Shown: one piece after another, positions 28,957 to 42,330 of the stretch
Layout: each line of letters starts with the position of its first letter
How positions within the stretch are numbered: position 1 is the stretch's first letter
Origin: Octopus sinensis
Taxonomy: Eukaryota
Direction: 5' to 3'
Assembly (NCBI RefSeq): GCF_006345805.1
Contig: NC_042999.1
Location: 89,714,001 to 89,778,000, forward strand
Length of the DNA stretch: 64,000 bases
Notes under the pieces: generated by a model
Seen by the model: the letters and a program-made list of their open reading frames with translations, nothing else
What the model was told of the DNA's origin: nothing
Database searches by the model: none
Program-made: the position numbers and the translations under genes

Positions 28957-29622
28957 TCTCTATATATAAAACTGAAATGCATTTTTACCGCTTGGATCGC
29001 TTTCAATGCCGCTACATCCCGTCCGATTCGCTCCAAAATTTACAGGGACATGTAAAATGAGGTGATGATGCCCGTGGGCTACCTTAAAAATCCCTATCTT
29101 AAAAGGTGTCGTTGCTAGGGCCAAAAACCCACTTTGACAAGTCCACTCTCGTTCTTTAATGTATCTGTCTTCCTCAACTCACTCTCGCTATTTCCTCTCT
29201 TCCCAGCACTTTTTCACTCACTCTATTTCCTACCTTCCCATCACTTCGGCGTTCTTTTATGTATATGTCTGCATTCATACAGATAATTACCATCGCCACC
29301 ACCAACACACAATCATGACAACAAATATAACGTAGGTTTTTCGTATCTATTACATTTTAACATTTATTTAGAACCCTGCAAAATTTTCGTGCTAAATTTT
29401 CATTTTTTACTACTTAATTATTTTTTCTTAAATTGATGCTTTTTATTAAAATTAATTCTAATTGTCTGGGTCAACAGTTCGTTTCCTCGGAGGATATGGA
29501 AATTCCTATTGCCCGTCAGACTAATAACTCCAGCACCTCACAACTATTTCAACAAAGACAACGTTACCTGCTTACCAGTCAAATTCAGCGTCAACGCTCA
29601 CGTATGAGAGAGACTCCAACAC

Positions 29623-29669
<47 letters not shown>

Positions 29670-29671
29670 CA

Positions 29672-29702
<31 letters not shown>

Positions 29703-30923
29703 CATACATATATATACATATATATATATATATAGAATGTGCGCATTATGTGGTCGCTTGAGCTGAAAATATGCAGACCTATGTTAAAAGTGCTGGCAAG
29801 TTTGCATGACAACTATTTTTTTCCTCAAATGAAACGCGTGACCTCTAGGACAAAATTCCTCATCTTATAAAATGTGGCCCCAGTAGACCCGAATGAAATC
29901 GGGTTATATTAACCAAAATGTGAAAAGGGGTCTAAATGGGGCTGGAAGGGGATTAAAATTTAAAGGAGCGGGTGTTTAGGAATTCTCTGTTACATCGAGC
30001 TAAAAAATTTGCGCCAGCCTTTTAATCGTCAATGTGTTGCCGTCCATGATGAAGAAGTTTTGAATGCTTGCCATGGTGAGTCTACTGTCGAGAGAAAGAA
30101 TCACTTCAAAACTTGGTGTTTACGAATTTTCTTTTACATCAAGTTCAAAATTTTACGCCAGCCGTTAAACTGTCAAAATGTTGCTGTCCGTTGTTAAGAA
30201 ATGCCAGCCATGGTGACTCTACTATTCTCAGATTCTATCCCTTCAAACTTTGGTTTCCAATATTTTATTATTTTTATTCAGCTCGCAAGTTCGTCTGTCC
30301 CTTTTAATTGTTAGTGTTTTGCTGTCTGCCTTGAAGCAGACCTTTCCGTTGTTACTGCCTGATATTTATGATTGATCTTTCTAAATATTTTATTTCTCAA
30401 CTTACTCAAGATCTTTTGTTGTTTATAAATGGGAGAGAGAGAGATAAAGATAGAGAGTAAGAGAAAGCGAGGGAGAGTCCGAGAGAAAGGAAGAGTAAGA
30501 GAGTGAGGAAAGTGAGAGAGAAAGGAGAGAGAAACAAAGAGGGAGAATCATCATCATCGTCGTTTAACGTCCGTTTTCCGTGCTAGCACGTGTTGGACAG
30601 TTTGACCGGGGTCTGGGAAGCCAGGAGGCTGCACCAGGCTCCAGTCTGATCTGGCAGTGTTTCTACAGCTGGATGCCCTTCCTAACGCCAACCACTCTGT
30701 GAGCGTAGTGGGTGCTTTTTTCGTGCCGCCGGCACATGTGCCAGGGGCGGCTGGCAGCGGCCATGATCGGTTGGTGCTTTTTACGTGCCACATTCACAGA
30801 AGCCAGTCATGGCAGCGCTGCAATCGGCCACGTTCGGATAGTGCTTTTTACGTGCTGAAAGGAAGCAACAGAAAGTAACAACCACACTCTTGCCCGCGCG
30901 TAGAGCGGGTCACCTTCAGCTAG
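28957..30923 (+). mobile_element. Non-autonomous Helitron-like element A
   Basis: A|TCTCTATATATAAAAC 5' end. 3' hairpin GCCCGC-GCGTAGA-GCGGGT (30892-30910), then CTAG at 30920-30923. Confidence 0.6.
30548..30860 (-). mobile_element. SINE-like repeat family E (GGTTGGCGTTAGGAAGGGCATCCAGC motif, (GAT)n tail)
   Basis: Related pieces at about 60060-60180, 60365-60560 and 63920-64000. Confidence 0.7.
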
Positions 30924-31508
30924 TCTAGATATATAAAGATGAGAATATGTGTGTGTGCGTGTGTATGTCTGTGTGTCTATGTGTCTGTGTGAATCCCTAA
31001 AACTTGAGAACTACAAAACCAATTTCATCCAAATTTTACACATGCCTTACTTAGGGTCCATGTAGTGTCATAAGCCCAAACATTTTTAACTTCTTGCCTT
31101 GTGCGAGCCCACAGCAATATCATATCTTCTCCACTATTTCAGTATTACGTGTCAAAAGTGAAACAATAACATCTCTCTATTGTAATGTCAGAGACTTTCA
31201 CTTTAATACTGAAACTATTAAAGTGAAACTATTATCTCACATCTATACAGGCATACATGAATATACACATACATACATATATGTAATATATATATTATGT
31301 ATATATATATATATATGTGTATGTGTGTGTGTGTGCGTGTGCGTGTATGTATGTATGTATGTATGTATGTATGTATACATCTGCACAAATGTATATATAT
31401 ATATATATATAAATGCATATATATAGATGTACATATAATATGTACACACATATATAGATACATATACACATATATACATGCATACATATATACAGGCATA
31501 CAGACATA

Positions 31509-31540
<32 letters not shown>

Positions 31541-31955
31541 TACATATGTACAGGTGTGGCTGTGTGGTAACAAACTTGGTCCCAAAACACATGGTCCTGG
31601 GTTCAATCCCACTGTGTGCTGACTTCGCATGTGTCTTCTGCTATAGCCTCAGACCAACCAAAGCCTTGTCAGTGGATTTCGCAGACAGAAACTGAAAGAA
31701 ATCAATCGTAGATATATCTATGTATATATGTAAGTGTATGTGTGTGTCTTTGTCTCTGTGTTTCTCCCTCATTACTACCTCACAACTGCTGTTCGTTTAT
31801 TTACATCCCTAAAACTTACTGGTTTCACAAGAAGAAACTTATAGAATAAGTACCAGGCTTATCAAAACAAAAAAAAGCACTAGGCAGTGTCTCATATTTC
31901 TGTTTGCCCACTCAGTTGTACCTATCAATTTATCTTTTTTTTGTGTGTGTGTGTG

Positions 31956-32020
<65 letters not shown>

Positions 32021-33419
32021 CACATACACATACACACATATATACATGTATGTATATGTGCATATTCATATCTATTATATATAAAAGTCAATGCCTTCAT
32101 GTGTGTTCGTGTTACTTATACATTCGAAAACTGCTGCACTGATCCTATTGAAATTTGGAACACAAAATCCAAGCCTAGGGAGAAGGGTAAATCTGTGTGT
32201 TTCATACAATTTCAAGGACCAAAATTACTGAATGGATCCTTATAATATTTGGAACTTAGATTCAGTGCATAAGGGCGGGTATAATGCAATATGTTTGGTT
32301 TGAATTTCAGATGGCTTAAAGCGGGCAGAACCCCCATGAAAATTCATAAATTTTCGATGTTTATGAAATTTCAACCATGTGTAATTGAAACACATCAAAA
32401 ACTATTCTCACAGTTTCCACTTCTCATGAGGATTCTTAGACCTCCTAATGGGGGGGCCTTAACTCCCAAATTTTAGTCATTTCTTTATTATCCAAAACTA
32501 GGTCAAATGTACTGAATGGATCTTTATGAAATTTGAAAATTTCTATTCTATGTATAAGGACCATAACCTCCATGACAATTCATATATTTTTGCTGTTGAT
32601 GAAATTTTAACCATAGATATTAGACACAAATGAAGTAATATTTATAAATTTCATCTTCTTAGAAGTTAGAAAGACCCTGTGATGGGTACTTAACACCCAC
32701 AATTTAGTCATTTTATCTAAGAAAAGACGAATACAGTTGTACTCTTGGAAGCTTTAGGGTCACCCGAGCATAAAAGATGAGCATTGTTTGTAATTCAATG
32801 GTACAATAGTGTAAGAGTTTGCTTTGAGATATACTTAGATTGTAATTTCTGCAATGTGGTGCATAGATTGTCAAGTAAATGAGAGGCATATTTGACCCAA
32901 CTGATTCAGTTGCAAAGTGTTGAGTAAAGTTATTTCTATTTCAAAGAAATTCAAACAACAGATATAAGACTCAACAATTCAACTTCTCTGGTTGACATTA
33001 AGACACCAAGTATATTCCTGCATTTTATAATAGCTTATTCTCTGAATTGCCCATTTTGGGGGAATAGTTCACTTTTTTGTATATATTCTTTACTACAATA
33101 GGGGCCTTATATTCTTTACTACAATTGGGGCCTTAACTCCCACATTTCAGAGCTCCCTGACCTCCATTTTTCAGGAGCAAAATCCTTTTAACAGGTTCAA
33201 TAAGACTGGAATTTTGAAATCTGCGCATAAAAACCAGTAGTATTGGATACATGTGTCATGATTAAAATTTTTTAGGGTGTGTAAAGAGGGAAAGACCCCT
33301 CATCTGTAATTTTGATGAAATTCAAATCATAGATATTCCAGTTCATTACTAAAAATATAACAGAAAAGTCTAATTCTTCAATTGCATATAACACGGGCAA
33401 CGCCGGGTATCTCTGCTAG
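30924..33419 (+). mobile_element. Non-autonomous Helitron-like element B (contains a SINE A copy at about 31550-31860)
   Basis: Starts TCTAGATATATAAAG followed by TG/TCTG repeats. Ends ACACGG-GCAACG-CCGGGT hairpin plus CTAG at 33416-33419. Confidence 0.7.
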
Positions 33420-33830
33420 TCTCTTATATAAAATCCGTTCTGTCTGTCTATGTATCTTCTCGTATCTCGAGCATCCTCCATCCGATTGCGCTCAAATTTG
33501 ATATGTAGATACCGACGGTATCAGGACGTGTATAAGTCTTGAAAAAATTACAAAAATCGATTCCAGGTGAGAATGCGATCGATAAAGCCGTTTTTATCCT
33601 GCTTTTCTTCCGTCAACCTGTACATAACTGCACCTTCCATTTTTTGTTTTTTTGTACTGCATAAAGGCAGGTTTTTTTCCTGCCAAAGCTTAGTGTTTAA
33701 ACCATATTTATGTTCTCCCAGTCATTACTGGTACTTTAAACTCTTCGGTTGCATATTTGTGTCAATAAAATCGTTTTTCTTTGTAATAGAAAAAAATGTC
33801 TATCTTTATTTCTTCTTTTGCTAGTGTCTC
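33420..33830 (+). mobile_element. 5' part of a third Helitron-like element C
   Basis: Starts TCTCTTATATAAAATCCG, with TCTG repeats and an internal CCGATTGCGCTCAAATTTG motif similar to element A. The 3' end is not identified. Confidence 0.5.
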
Positions 33831-34094
33831 AAAATTAGGTCAAATCAGTGTTTTGAGAAAATTTGGTTTAAATGTTTGACAACTCAGCACCATCCATTGG
33901 ACGGGGGCGTTTTGCTCGTATGTATATATATATGTATATATTTATATATGTATATGTATATGTGTGTGTGTGTATGCATAAATATATATATATGTGTGTG
34001 TGTGTGTGCGTTGTGTGTGTGTGTGTGTGCGTGTGTGTGTGTGTGTGCGTGTGTGTGTGTGTGTGCGTGTGTGTGTGTGTGTGTGTATGCATAA

Positions 34095-34130
<36 letters not shown>

Positions 34131-34440
34131 ATGTATATATATATATATATCTATATATATATTATATATAAGGTTTGTGTCTAGAAATATATATGTGTGT
34201 GTATACTCGTTTATCCTTTTACTTGTTGCAGTCATTTTGTTTGCGGACATGCTGGAGCACCGCCTTTAGTCGAACAAATCGAAACCAGGACTTATTTTTT
34301 GTAAGCGTATTACTTATTCTATCATCTCATTTCCCGAACCGCTAAGTCTCGGGGACGTAAACACACCAGCATTGGTTGTCAAACGTTGGTAGGTGGACAA
34401 ACACACGCGCGCGCGCATATATATGTATATATACATATAC

Positions 34441-34487
<47 letters not shown>

Positions 34488-34489
<2 letters not shown>

Positions 34490-34829
34490 CGCATGGCTCA
34501 GTGGTTAGAGCGTCGAGCTTACGATCGTGAGGTTGTGAGCTCGAATCCCGGACCGGGCTGCGTGTTGTGTTCTTGAGCAAGACACTTTATTTCACGTTGC
34601 TCCAGTTCACTCAGCTGTAGAAATGAGTTGCGACGTCACAGGTGCCAAGCTGTATCGACCTTTGTCTTTCCCTTGGATAACACTGGTGGCGTGGAGAGGG
34701 GAGGCTGGTATGCATGGGCGACTACTGGTCTTCCATAAAACAACCTTGCCCAGACTTGTGCCTCAGAGGGTAACTCTCTAGGTGCAAACCCATGGTCATT
34801 TCATGACCGAAGGGGGTCTTTACCCTTTT
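34488..34829 (+). mobile_element. SINE family B, full length
   Basis: Near-identical to 22733-23075. Confidence 0.92.
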
Positions 34830-34834
34830 ATATA

Positions 34835-35180
34835 TATATATACGACATCTACTTCGACCTTATGCAAATTACTTAATTTTTGTGGCAGAGCATTGAGGAG
34901 CTGTTGGCCTTTGAACCCTAGACTATTGCAGTATCTGGTCCTGAATTTAGATAGAGTGGATGGTACTTTGGTACAATATAATGACAGCCAGTTCTGGCAT
35001 TTGTATAACACTCAATGCCAAAGTTAGGTACTAGCCCTTCTAGGATTCTCCATATGTATATCATTGCATACTCTCAGGCCTTCGCTCCAGGATGTAAAGT
35101 TGTAGTTTTCTCAGCCTATCCCTGTAGCTCATCCGCTTCACTGGTTCAATCTTTTTAGTGTAGTGGCGTTGGACTGCTTC

Positions 35181-35182
<2 letters not shown>
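34835..35182 (-). mobile_element. CR1-group LINE ORF2 C-terminal fragment (target of the Tx1-like insertion)
   Basis: LEAVQRHYTKKIEPVKRMSYRDRLRKLQLYILERR and RYCNSLGFKGQQLLNALPQKLSNL. Confidence 0.8.
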
Positions 35183-35250
<68 letters not shown>

Positions 35251-35659
35251 TGTTTCTTTATTAGCCACACAGGGCTGCACACAGATAGAACAAATTACAA
35301 GGTAGAGCTTTTCTTTTGAAGGTTTAAAAAAAAAAAAAAAAGGAAGGGGGAGTTTCGATCAAAAGGGTCGTAAAAGGAGAGAAAGAGGACAAAAAAAAAA
35401 GGGGGGTTTTAAAAAAAAAAAAAAGGGGGAGAGGAAAAAATTGATCAATAGGGATCGTTATCACAGAAATGTCATATGAAGTGTAAAGGGGAGGACAGGT
35501 GAGGTTTACCGTGGAAAGAAAAGCCTACGGAAAAGACCACGGTAACCTCGGTCAATGAAGTCACATTTTATATTTTTTTTTTTTTTTTTTTTTTTTTGCA
35601 AATAAGCAACTCTCTGTTTTCGATTTCTGGGTTCATGGACTATGCTCAAGGTGGCTTCG

Positions 35660-38600
35660 TCATTCATACGTGCCATTCTTGCTACATTCACCCATCTTTT
35701 TTAAAACATTCGCTAGACAAAACTTGCCTCTCACTCTCACTTTCCTTTTCAAGTGTACTTGAAGAAGTTGTGAGAGATTGACCAGAGGAAAGTGTTTGTC
35801 TCCAATCCCTTCAGATGCGTCCACAGATACATCTTTCGCCATAGCCATAGCCACAAGGATGATGAAAATAGCTCTTCCTTCCCGTTTGAAGGAAGGAGGC
35901 GTGACAATATTGACGATAGACTCAGCTGATAAACCGACTCGTCCCACACGTGACAGCAGTTGTTCGACATAAGCCCACAGGTCGGAAATTGTTGGACATG
36001 AACGAGTGCGTGCAGAACGGTTTCGTCGCTCTGACCGCATCTCGGGCAGGTCGGCCCCGTGTTTCTCGAGCCGTGTCTGTAGAGCTTATCCCGAACGGGT
36101 AGCGCTTCTCGGTAGCACTGCCAGGCCAGGGATCTCTGGAAGTTGTCCATGGGCCCTGGCCCGAAAGTCGTCCCGAACAGGCGGGTCAGGTACTCCTCGT
36201 CGACGTCCAGGTTCGCCCCGAGCTCGTCGTCGTACCTCCCCTCCACTAAACCCCTATAGAATGCTTTGGTTGTGTTGAAGTCACTTAAGGTCGACCCAGG
36301 ACGGCAGAGTTGCTTGAGAGCAACGCGACACTCGCGGTGCCATTCGCCCTTCCTCGGCCTCTTTTTGATCCACGACTGCAGTTCGGTCATGGAGACGAGC
36401 TGCGGGAAAGCGTGCCTCACAAACGGCGACCACACCTGTTCACCGTCGTCTACATAGAGCCAGAGATGTCGCAGTCTCAGCGCGTGTCTGCGCATCATCA
36501 ACCACGGCATGCCCAGCCCTCCTTTTAACGGGTGTTGACAGCAAATGGATCGCCTGACCATCGGGACGCATCCTTTCCACAAGAAGCGAAAGAGGATGCG
36601 TTGTAGTTTGGTGATGGTAGGGTCGGGACAAGGTACGACGGTCAGGCGGTAGTAGATGACGGACGCGATGTACGTGTTCGCCACCTCCGCCCGACCTTTT
36701 AGGGACAGTTTCCTCTCGGCCCATTGCCGGGCGAGAGTGACCACCCTACTCGTATCTCGTTCCAGTTCGTTGTTCTTCCCACTTGGAGGTCCGGACCAAA
36801 CCAGACCCCGAGCAACTCAACCGGGCCGTCGGTCCAGCGTCCCACGACGGAGGCGCTGGTGGACGGCATGGGCTTGCTTCTCCAGGTGCCTAGTCGCAAG
36901 CCCACTGACTTTTCCCGGTTGATTTTCGCTCCTGTCACCGCTTCGTAGTTTTTCAGTGTCTCGCCGACCAGCTCGATGTGCTCGTGGCTAGACACTATGA
37001 CGGTGACGTCGTCGCGTATGCAGACACGCTCGTCCCGCATCCCAATTCTCGCGGGATGCCCTTAGAGTCGCCAGCTTCCGCAGTAGTGGCTCAAGAGTCA
37101 ATACGTATAGAAGCGCCGAGAGGGGGCATCCCTGACGGACCGAACGTGCAATGTCGAAAGGTCTCGATAGATGTCCATTTACGCGAATTACCGAACGGAT
37201 GCCTCTGTACAAGGCAGCTATCCAGCCGCGGAAGACGGGACCGAAACCAGCCGCTCTCAGGACTGCCTCCAAGTATCGATGGTCTACCCTATCAAAGGCT
37301 TTCGATTGATCCAAGTTGATCAGGGCCCAACCCATGCCAGGTTCGTTAACTACCCTGTCTATGATGTAGCGCATCAGATGGAGGTTGTCATGGATGGTCC
37401 GGCCTGGCACGGCGCATGTTTGCGCCTTGTCGACCAGTTTCTCGATGACAAGCGCCAACCTCTTGGCTAGCACCTTGGCCAAAATTTTCAAGTCTGCATT
37501 AAGCAGAGTGATGGGCCTAAAGTTATCTATTACATTTCCCTTGTTTAGATCTTTCTTCAGCAGTGTTACGGCTCCTCGGCTCACAAAACCAGGAATGCTC
37601 CCGTTTTGCTGCCAGTTGCAGTACACCGCCGCCAAGAGATCTCCAAACAAGTCTGGCATACAATTGTAAAGCTCGTAGGGTAGACCATCCAAACCCGGTG
37701 ATTTGTCCCTCGAGCATTCTGCCATCGCTTCCCGCACTTCCGCCGCCGTGATGGCACCTTCGCAGCACCCTGCCTTTCTTGTCGAGAGTCGTGGTAGGCT
37801 ATGTAGGTAGGCACTGAAGTCCACCCTACGTTCTTGCCCTCCACTCGTTCCGAACAGTCGGGCAAAATGCTGCTGAAAGGCCTCACACATTTTACTTGGC
37901 TCGAGCAATTCGCGCCCCTGTTCATCTACCAGTGACCGAATGGTGGCTTTGTTGCCCTGTTGCGCCTCTGCCACCCGGGCCTCTCTCGCGGCTCCAACAC
38001 TTCGTTCCTTAGAGCACGCATCCTAGCTCTGACAGCACATCCTTCGTGTTTGGCGTTGAAGTGTTGGTCGAGGGCCAACCTCGCCGCCAAAACGTCGGAT
38101 GCGATGCCGCTTCTAATTGCCTCTTCTAGCTTCTTAACTAGCTCACCCTCTACTCTATTTCTATCTATGGCTAGTGCTTTGCTGTACCTAATCGCTTCTG
38201 CTTTTACTGCTCTCTTGAGGGCAAACCACCATTTGTTGTTGATGATGGCTCCCGTCAAAGCCCTCTTTACTAGTGTGCTAATCCGGTCTCTGAAAACTTG
38301 TCTCGATGGGAAAGACGCGTTTAGTTTCCAGTATCCGGGACCCTGCCTAAGTGTCTTACCTAAGTCTAGCGTACATGTCACAAGTTTGTGATCCGTGTAG
38401 CTGACTATGTGGAATTGTGGACATCCTATGCTATCTCTATCTACTGTCCTACACAGTATCCTATCTAGATACGATCTCGACGACCCGATGCGGTTGCTCC
38501 ATGTCCACGTTGGCGCATTCGGGTGGTCTAGTCGGAACCTGTCAGACAGTTGAAAGCGTCTGAGCAGGTCTCTGAGGCATTTGCATCCCCGTCTATTCCT

Positions 38601-39070
38601 ATCTCTACCCACGTAGTCTACATGCGTGTCCAAGGTAGCATTCCAATCCCCCACTAAGAGTAAAGGACGAGACGTTCCCAAGAAAACTTCTAGACGTTGA
38701 AAGAAATCCGCCCGACCTGTTAAGGGCGGTGCGTAAACTGATACGAGTCGAAAAGCGCACCCATTGCTGCCGTCGACATCCAGGACGACCAGTCTACCCT
38801 CCGGGTCTACGAATATTGTCCTTACATTGAGATCCAGACTCTTGTGAAAAAGTACCGCGGTGCCACTACGCCCATTCTCGGCAGCAGACAGGGGGAAAAA
38901 TAAATGTTGAACTGTCCGCCAAACATGGTCTTTAGGGCCCGCGGATTGTGGAGTCTGGTCTCGCTTATGGCTATGATTTCTAACTTATGTGACTTTATGT
39001 CATTTAAGAGGTACCCTTGTTTCCAAGGGGACCCCAAGCCACGCGCATTTACACAACCAATCTTGATCAT
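35660..39070 (-). pseudogene. Tx1-like ORF2 (APE-RT-CCHC), frameshifted as assembled
   Basis: IGCVNARGL, VGDWNA, SYLDRIL, SYTDH (APE); SPGLDGLP, FRPITLLNADLKILAK, LDQSKAFDRV, RQGCPLS, AYA-DD with a 1-nt deletion at about 37013 (RT); CPRCGQSDETVLH (zinc finger). Confidence 0.9.
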
Positions 39071-39097
39071 AGTTCTAATGAATTAGAATACAGAGGG

Positions 39098-40470
39098 TTA
39101 CTTACTGCTCGAAAGTTTTTGCTTTCTCCTCCGTTGGTTTGTCCTCGAGAAGATCCCAGTACAGTTTCTTTGTGAGATATTTTTGGCATTTACCAACCGC
39201 ACTGGGGAAATGCCTTTGAGTGTGTGGTGCAGACTTTTGGAGATGTGTAATATTTTGATGTGGTCTGGTGGTGTTGTGTATGGGTGATTGTTTGTTTTTA
39301 TGTCATCTTCTGTTATGTTTGTTTTTGATTGGATGTATTCCATCAAATTTGTGTTTTGGTGTCTATGGCTGTGAGCATGTTTGCTGTATATGTTTTGTGG
39401 TGTTGGTGTGGCTGTTGTTTGCGTTGGGTTTTGAAATGTCTTCGGGAGATGTATTTCCCCCTGCTTTGTTCGTGTTTGCATTGGTTTGGTTGTGTTTCTG
39501 CTCTTTATTTTCCTTCTTTTTGTAGCTATTTGCCATTCCTCACTGGTTTCGTCTTCCGACGAAATTTCTGAGGAATCAGAAGGGGGTAGGGGTATGTTGT
39601 GGGCTTCTATGTATGTCTGTGTAAGGGTTGTGTTGTTGTTTTCGTTGTTGTTGGTTGTTGAGTGTTTTGGTGTGTGTTGAGTGCGGTATAAGGGATGGGG
39701 GATCAGTTTGTGTGTTTTTCTTTGTTTTTCTGTTCCTTTGGGTTTTGCTGTTGATGGTGGTGTTGGTATTTTTTCAGGTGTCGAGTGGTTTTTGGTTGAT
39801 GACGGATTAGCTTGGTGTGCTTCTCTTGTCGTCTTCTGTGTTGATGGTGGTGTGGGTAGTAGAGCTTTTTTTCCGGAGTGCTTTGGTTGTGGTAGTGGTT
39901 GTTGTTGTTGCTCTTGGTGTGCAGTGGTTGGGCACGTCTTTTTCAAGTGTGTTTCGCTTCCACACAAATAGCAGCGTGGTCGCCTGCCCTCTACCACTAT
40001 ATAGAGTTTGTAGCCTCCTGGCAGTTCTATAGCGGTGGGTATCTTCTCTCTTGCTGCTTCATCCAATTGAAGCAGGAATTCGATTGATTTGCCCACATAG
40101 TTTTTCTCTCCTAGAACCACGATTTCCAGGATGTTTGTCTCTGACATTGTCTCTGACATTCAAAGCAGATGGCAGAGACCAACCATTGTGTTTCGACATC
40201 AAATGGTATGTTTTTTATTTGGACTTTCGTGACCCTTTTGTTTAAATAGACTGGTATCATTACCAAGTCGTCCGAATGCAGCTCCAATGTGGAAAAACGT
40301 TTTGCTAAACTTTCGTTGAGGAAACGTACTTGGACTGTACCAAATTTGTTTCCCCAACTGATATATTCCTTGGAGTCCCATGCAGGACGAAGGCATTTAT
40401 CGATTTTTTCCTGCGGTGCATTTTCTGTTCTTCTTGTTTTTTTGTTTATTACTTTATAAATTATTGTTTT
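39098..40470 (-). pseudogene. Tx1-like ORF1 (gag-like, CX2CX4HX4C knuckle), one frameshift near 40140
   Basis: ORFs 40111-40509 and 39098-40159. CYLCGSETHLKKTC. Homologous to the ORF at 44745. Confidence 0.85.
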
Positions 40471-40507
40471 TTTTTTTCTTTTTAGTGTATTGGCGTTGGA
40501 CTGCTTC

Positions 40508-40509
<2 letters not shown>

Positions 40510-40577
<68 letters not shown>

Positions 40578-42010
40578 TGTTTCTTTATTAGCCACACAGG
40601 GCTGCACACAGATAGAACAAATTACAAGGTAGAGCTTTTCTTTTGAAGGCTTAAAAAAAAAAAAAAAAAGGAAGGGGGAGTTTCGATCAAAAGGGATCGT
40701 AAAAGGAGAGAAAGAGGACAAAAAAAGGGGGGGGTTAAAAAAAAAAAAAAGGGGGAGAGGAAAAAAAAATTGATCAATAGGGATCGTTATCACAGAAATG
40801 TCAATATGAAATGTAAAGGGGAGGACAGGTGAGGTTTACCCGTGGAAAGAAAAGCCTACGGAAAAGACCACGGTAACCTCGGTCAATGAAGTTACATTTT
40901 ATATTTCTTTTTTTTTTTTTTTTTTTTTGCAAATAAGCAACTCTGTTTTCGATTTCTGGGTTCATAGGACTATGCTCAAGGTGGCTTCGTCATTCATACG
41001 TGCCATTCTTGCTACATTCACCCATCTTTTTTAAAACATTCGCTAGACAAAACTTGCCTCTCTACTCTCACTTTCCTTTTCAAGTGGTACTTGAAGAAGT
41101 TGATGAGAGATTGACCAGAGAGGAAAGTGTTTGTCTCCAATCCTTTCAGACGCGTCCACCAGATACATTCTTTCGCCATAGCCACAAGGTGATAAAATTC
41201 TTCATTCCCGATGATGTAGCTCTCCTTCCGTTTGAAGAAGGAGGGTGACAATTTGACGATAGACTCAGCTGATAAACCGACTCGTCCCACACGTGACAGC
41301 AGTTGTTCGACATAAGCCCACAGGTCGGAAATTGTTGGACACTGAACGAGTGCGTGCAGAACGGTTTCGTCGCTCTGACCGCATCTCGGGCAGGTCGGCC
41401 CCGTGTTCTCGAGCCGTGTCTGTAGAGCTTATCCCGAACGGGTTAGCGCTTCTCGGTAGCACTGCCAGGCCAGGGATCTCTGGAAGTTGTCCATGGGCCC
41501 TGGCCCGAAAGTCGTCCCGAACAGGCGGGTCAGGTACTCCTCGTCGACGTCCAGGTTCGCCCCGAGCTCGTCGTCGTACCTCCCCTCCACTAAACCCCTA
41601 TAGAATGCTTTGGTTGTGTTGAAGTCACTTAAGGTCGACCCAGGACGGCAGAGTTGCTTGAGAGCAACGCGACACTCGCGGTGCCATTCGCCCTTCCTCG
41701 GCCTCTTTTTGATCCACGACTGCAGTTCGGTCATGGAGACGAGCTGCGGGAAAGCGTGCCTCACAAACGGCGACCACACTGTTCACCGTCGTCTACATAG
41801 AGCCAGAGATGTCGCAGTCTCAGCGCGTGTCTGCGCATCATCAACCACGGCATGCCAGCCCTCCTTTTAACGGGTGTGTGACAGCAAATGGATCGCCTGA
41901 CCATCGGGACGCATCTTTCCACAAGAAGCGAAAGAGGATGCGTTGTAGTTTGGTGATGGTAGGGTCGGGACAAGGTACGACGGTCAGGCGGTAGTAGATG
42001 ACGGACGCGA
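40510..42010 (-). mobile_element. 5'-truncated second copy of the same Tx1-like LINE, with (TCTA)n at both ends
   Basis: Collinear with 35183-36670. Tail (TCTA)17 at 40510-40577. The 5' junction abuts (GATA)n at about 42008-42035. Confidence 0.9.
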
Positions 42011-42109
42011 TAGATAGATAGATAGATAGATAGATATATGTATGTATGTATGTACGTATTTATGTATGTATGTATGTATGTGTATGTATATGTGTGTGTG
42101 TGTATATAT

Positions 42110-42330
42110 ATCTGGCAGAAATGTTAGCACGCCGGGCGAAATGCGTAGCCGTATTTTGTCTGCCGTTAAGTTCTGAGTTCAAATTCCGCCGAGGTCGACT
42201 TTGCCTTTCATCTTTTCGGAGTCGATAAATTAAGTACCAGTTACGCACTGGGGTTGATGTAATTGACTTAATCCGTTTGTCTGTCCTTGTTTGTTCCCTC
42301 TGTGTTTAACTTGTGGGTAGTAAAGAAATA
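42110..42330 (+). mobile_element. SINE family C
   Basis: Aligns with 15232-15465. Confidence 0.88.

Larger units (their letters stand above)
35183..40476 (-). mobile_element. Near-full-length L1/Tx1-clade LINE (copy 1), 5'-truncated within ORF1, (TCTA)17 tail
   Basis: ORF1 with a zinc knuckle, ORF2 with APE, RT and CCHC domains, 3' UTR with AATAAA (35257-35262 on minus) directly before the tail, and a 33-bp flanking duplication. Confidence 0.92.

Noticed and set aside
35778-41994. Many overlapping plus-strand ORFs
   Set aside because: They are antisense frames of the GC-rich LINE ORF2.
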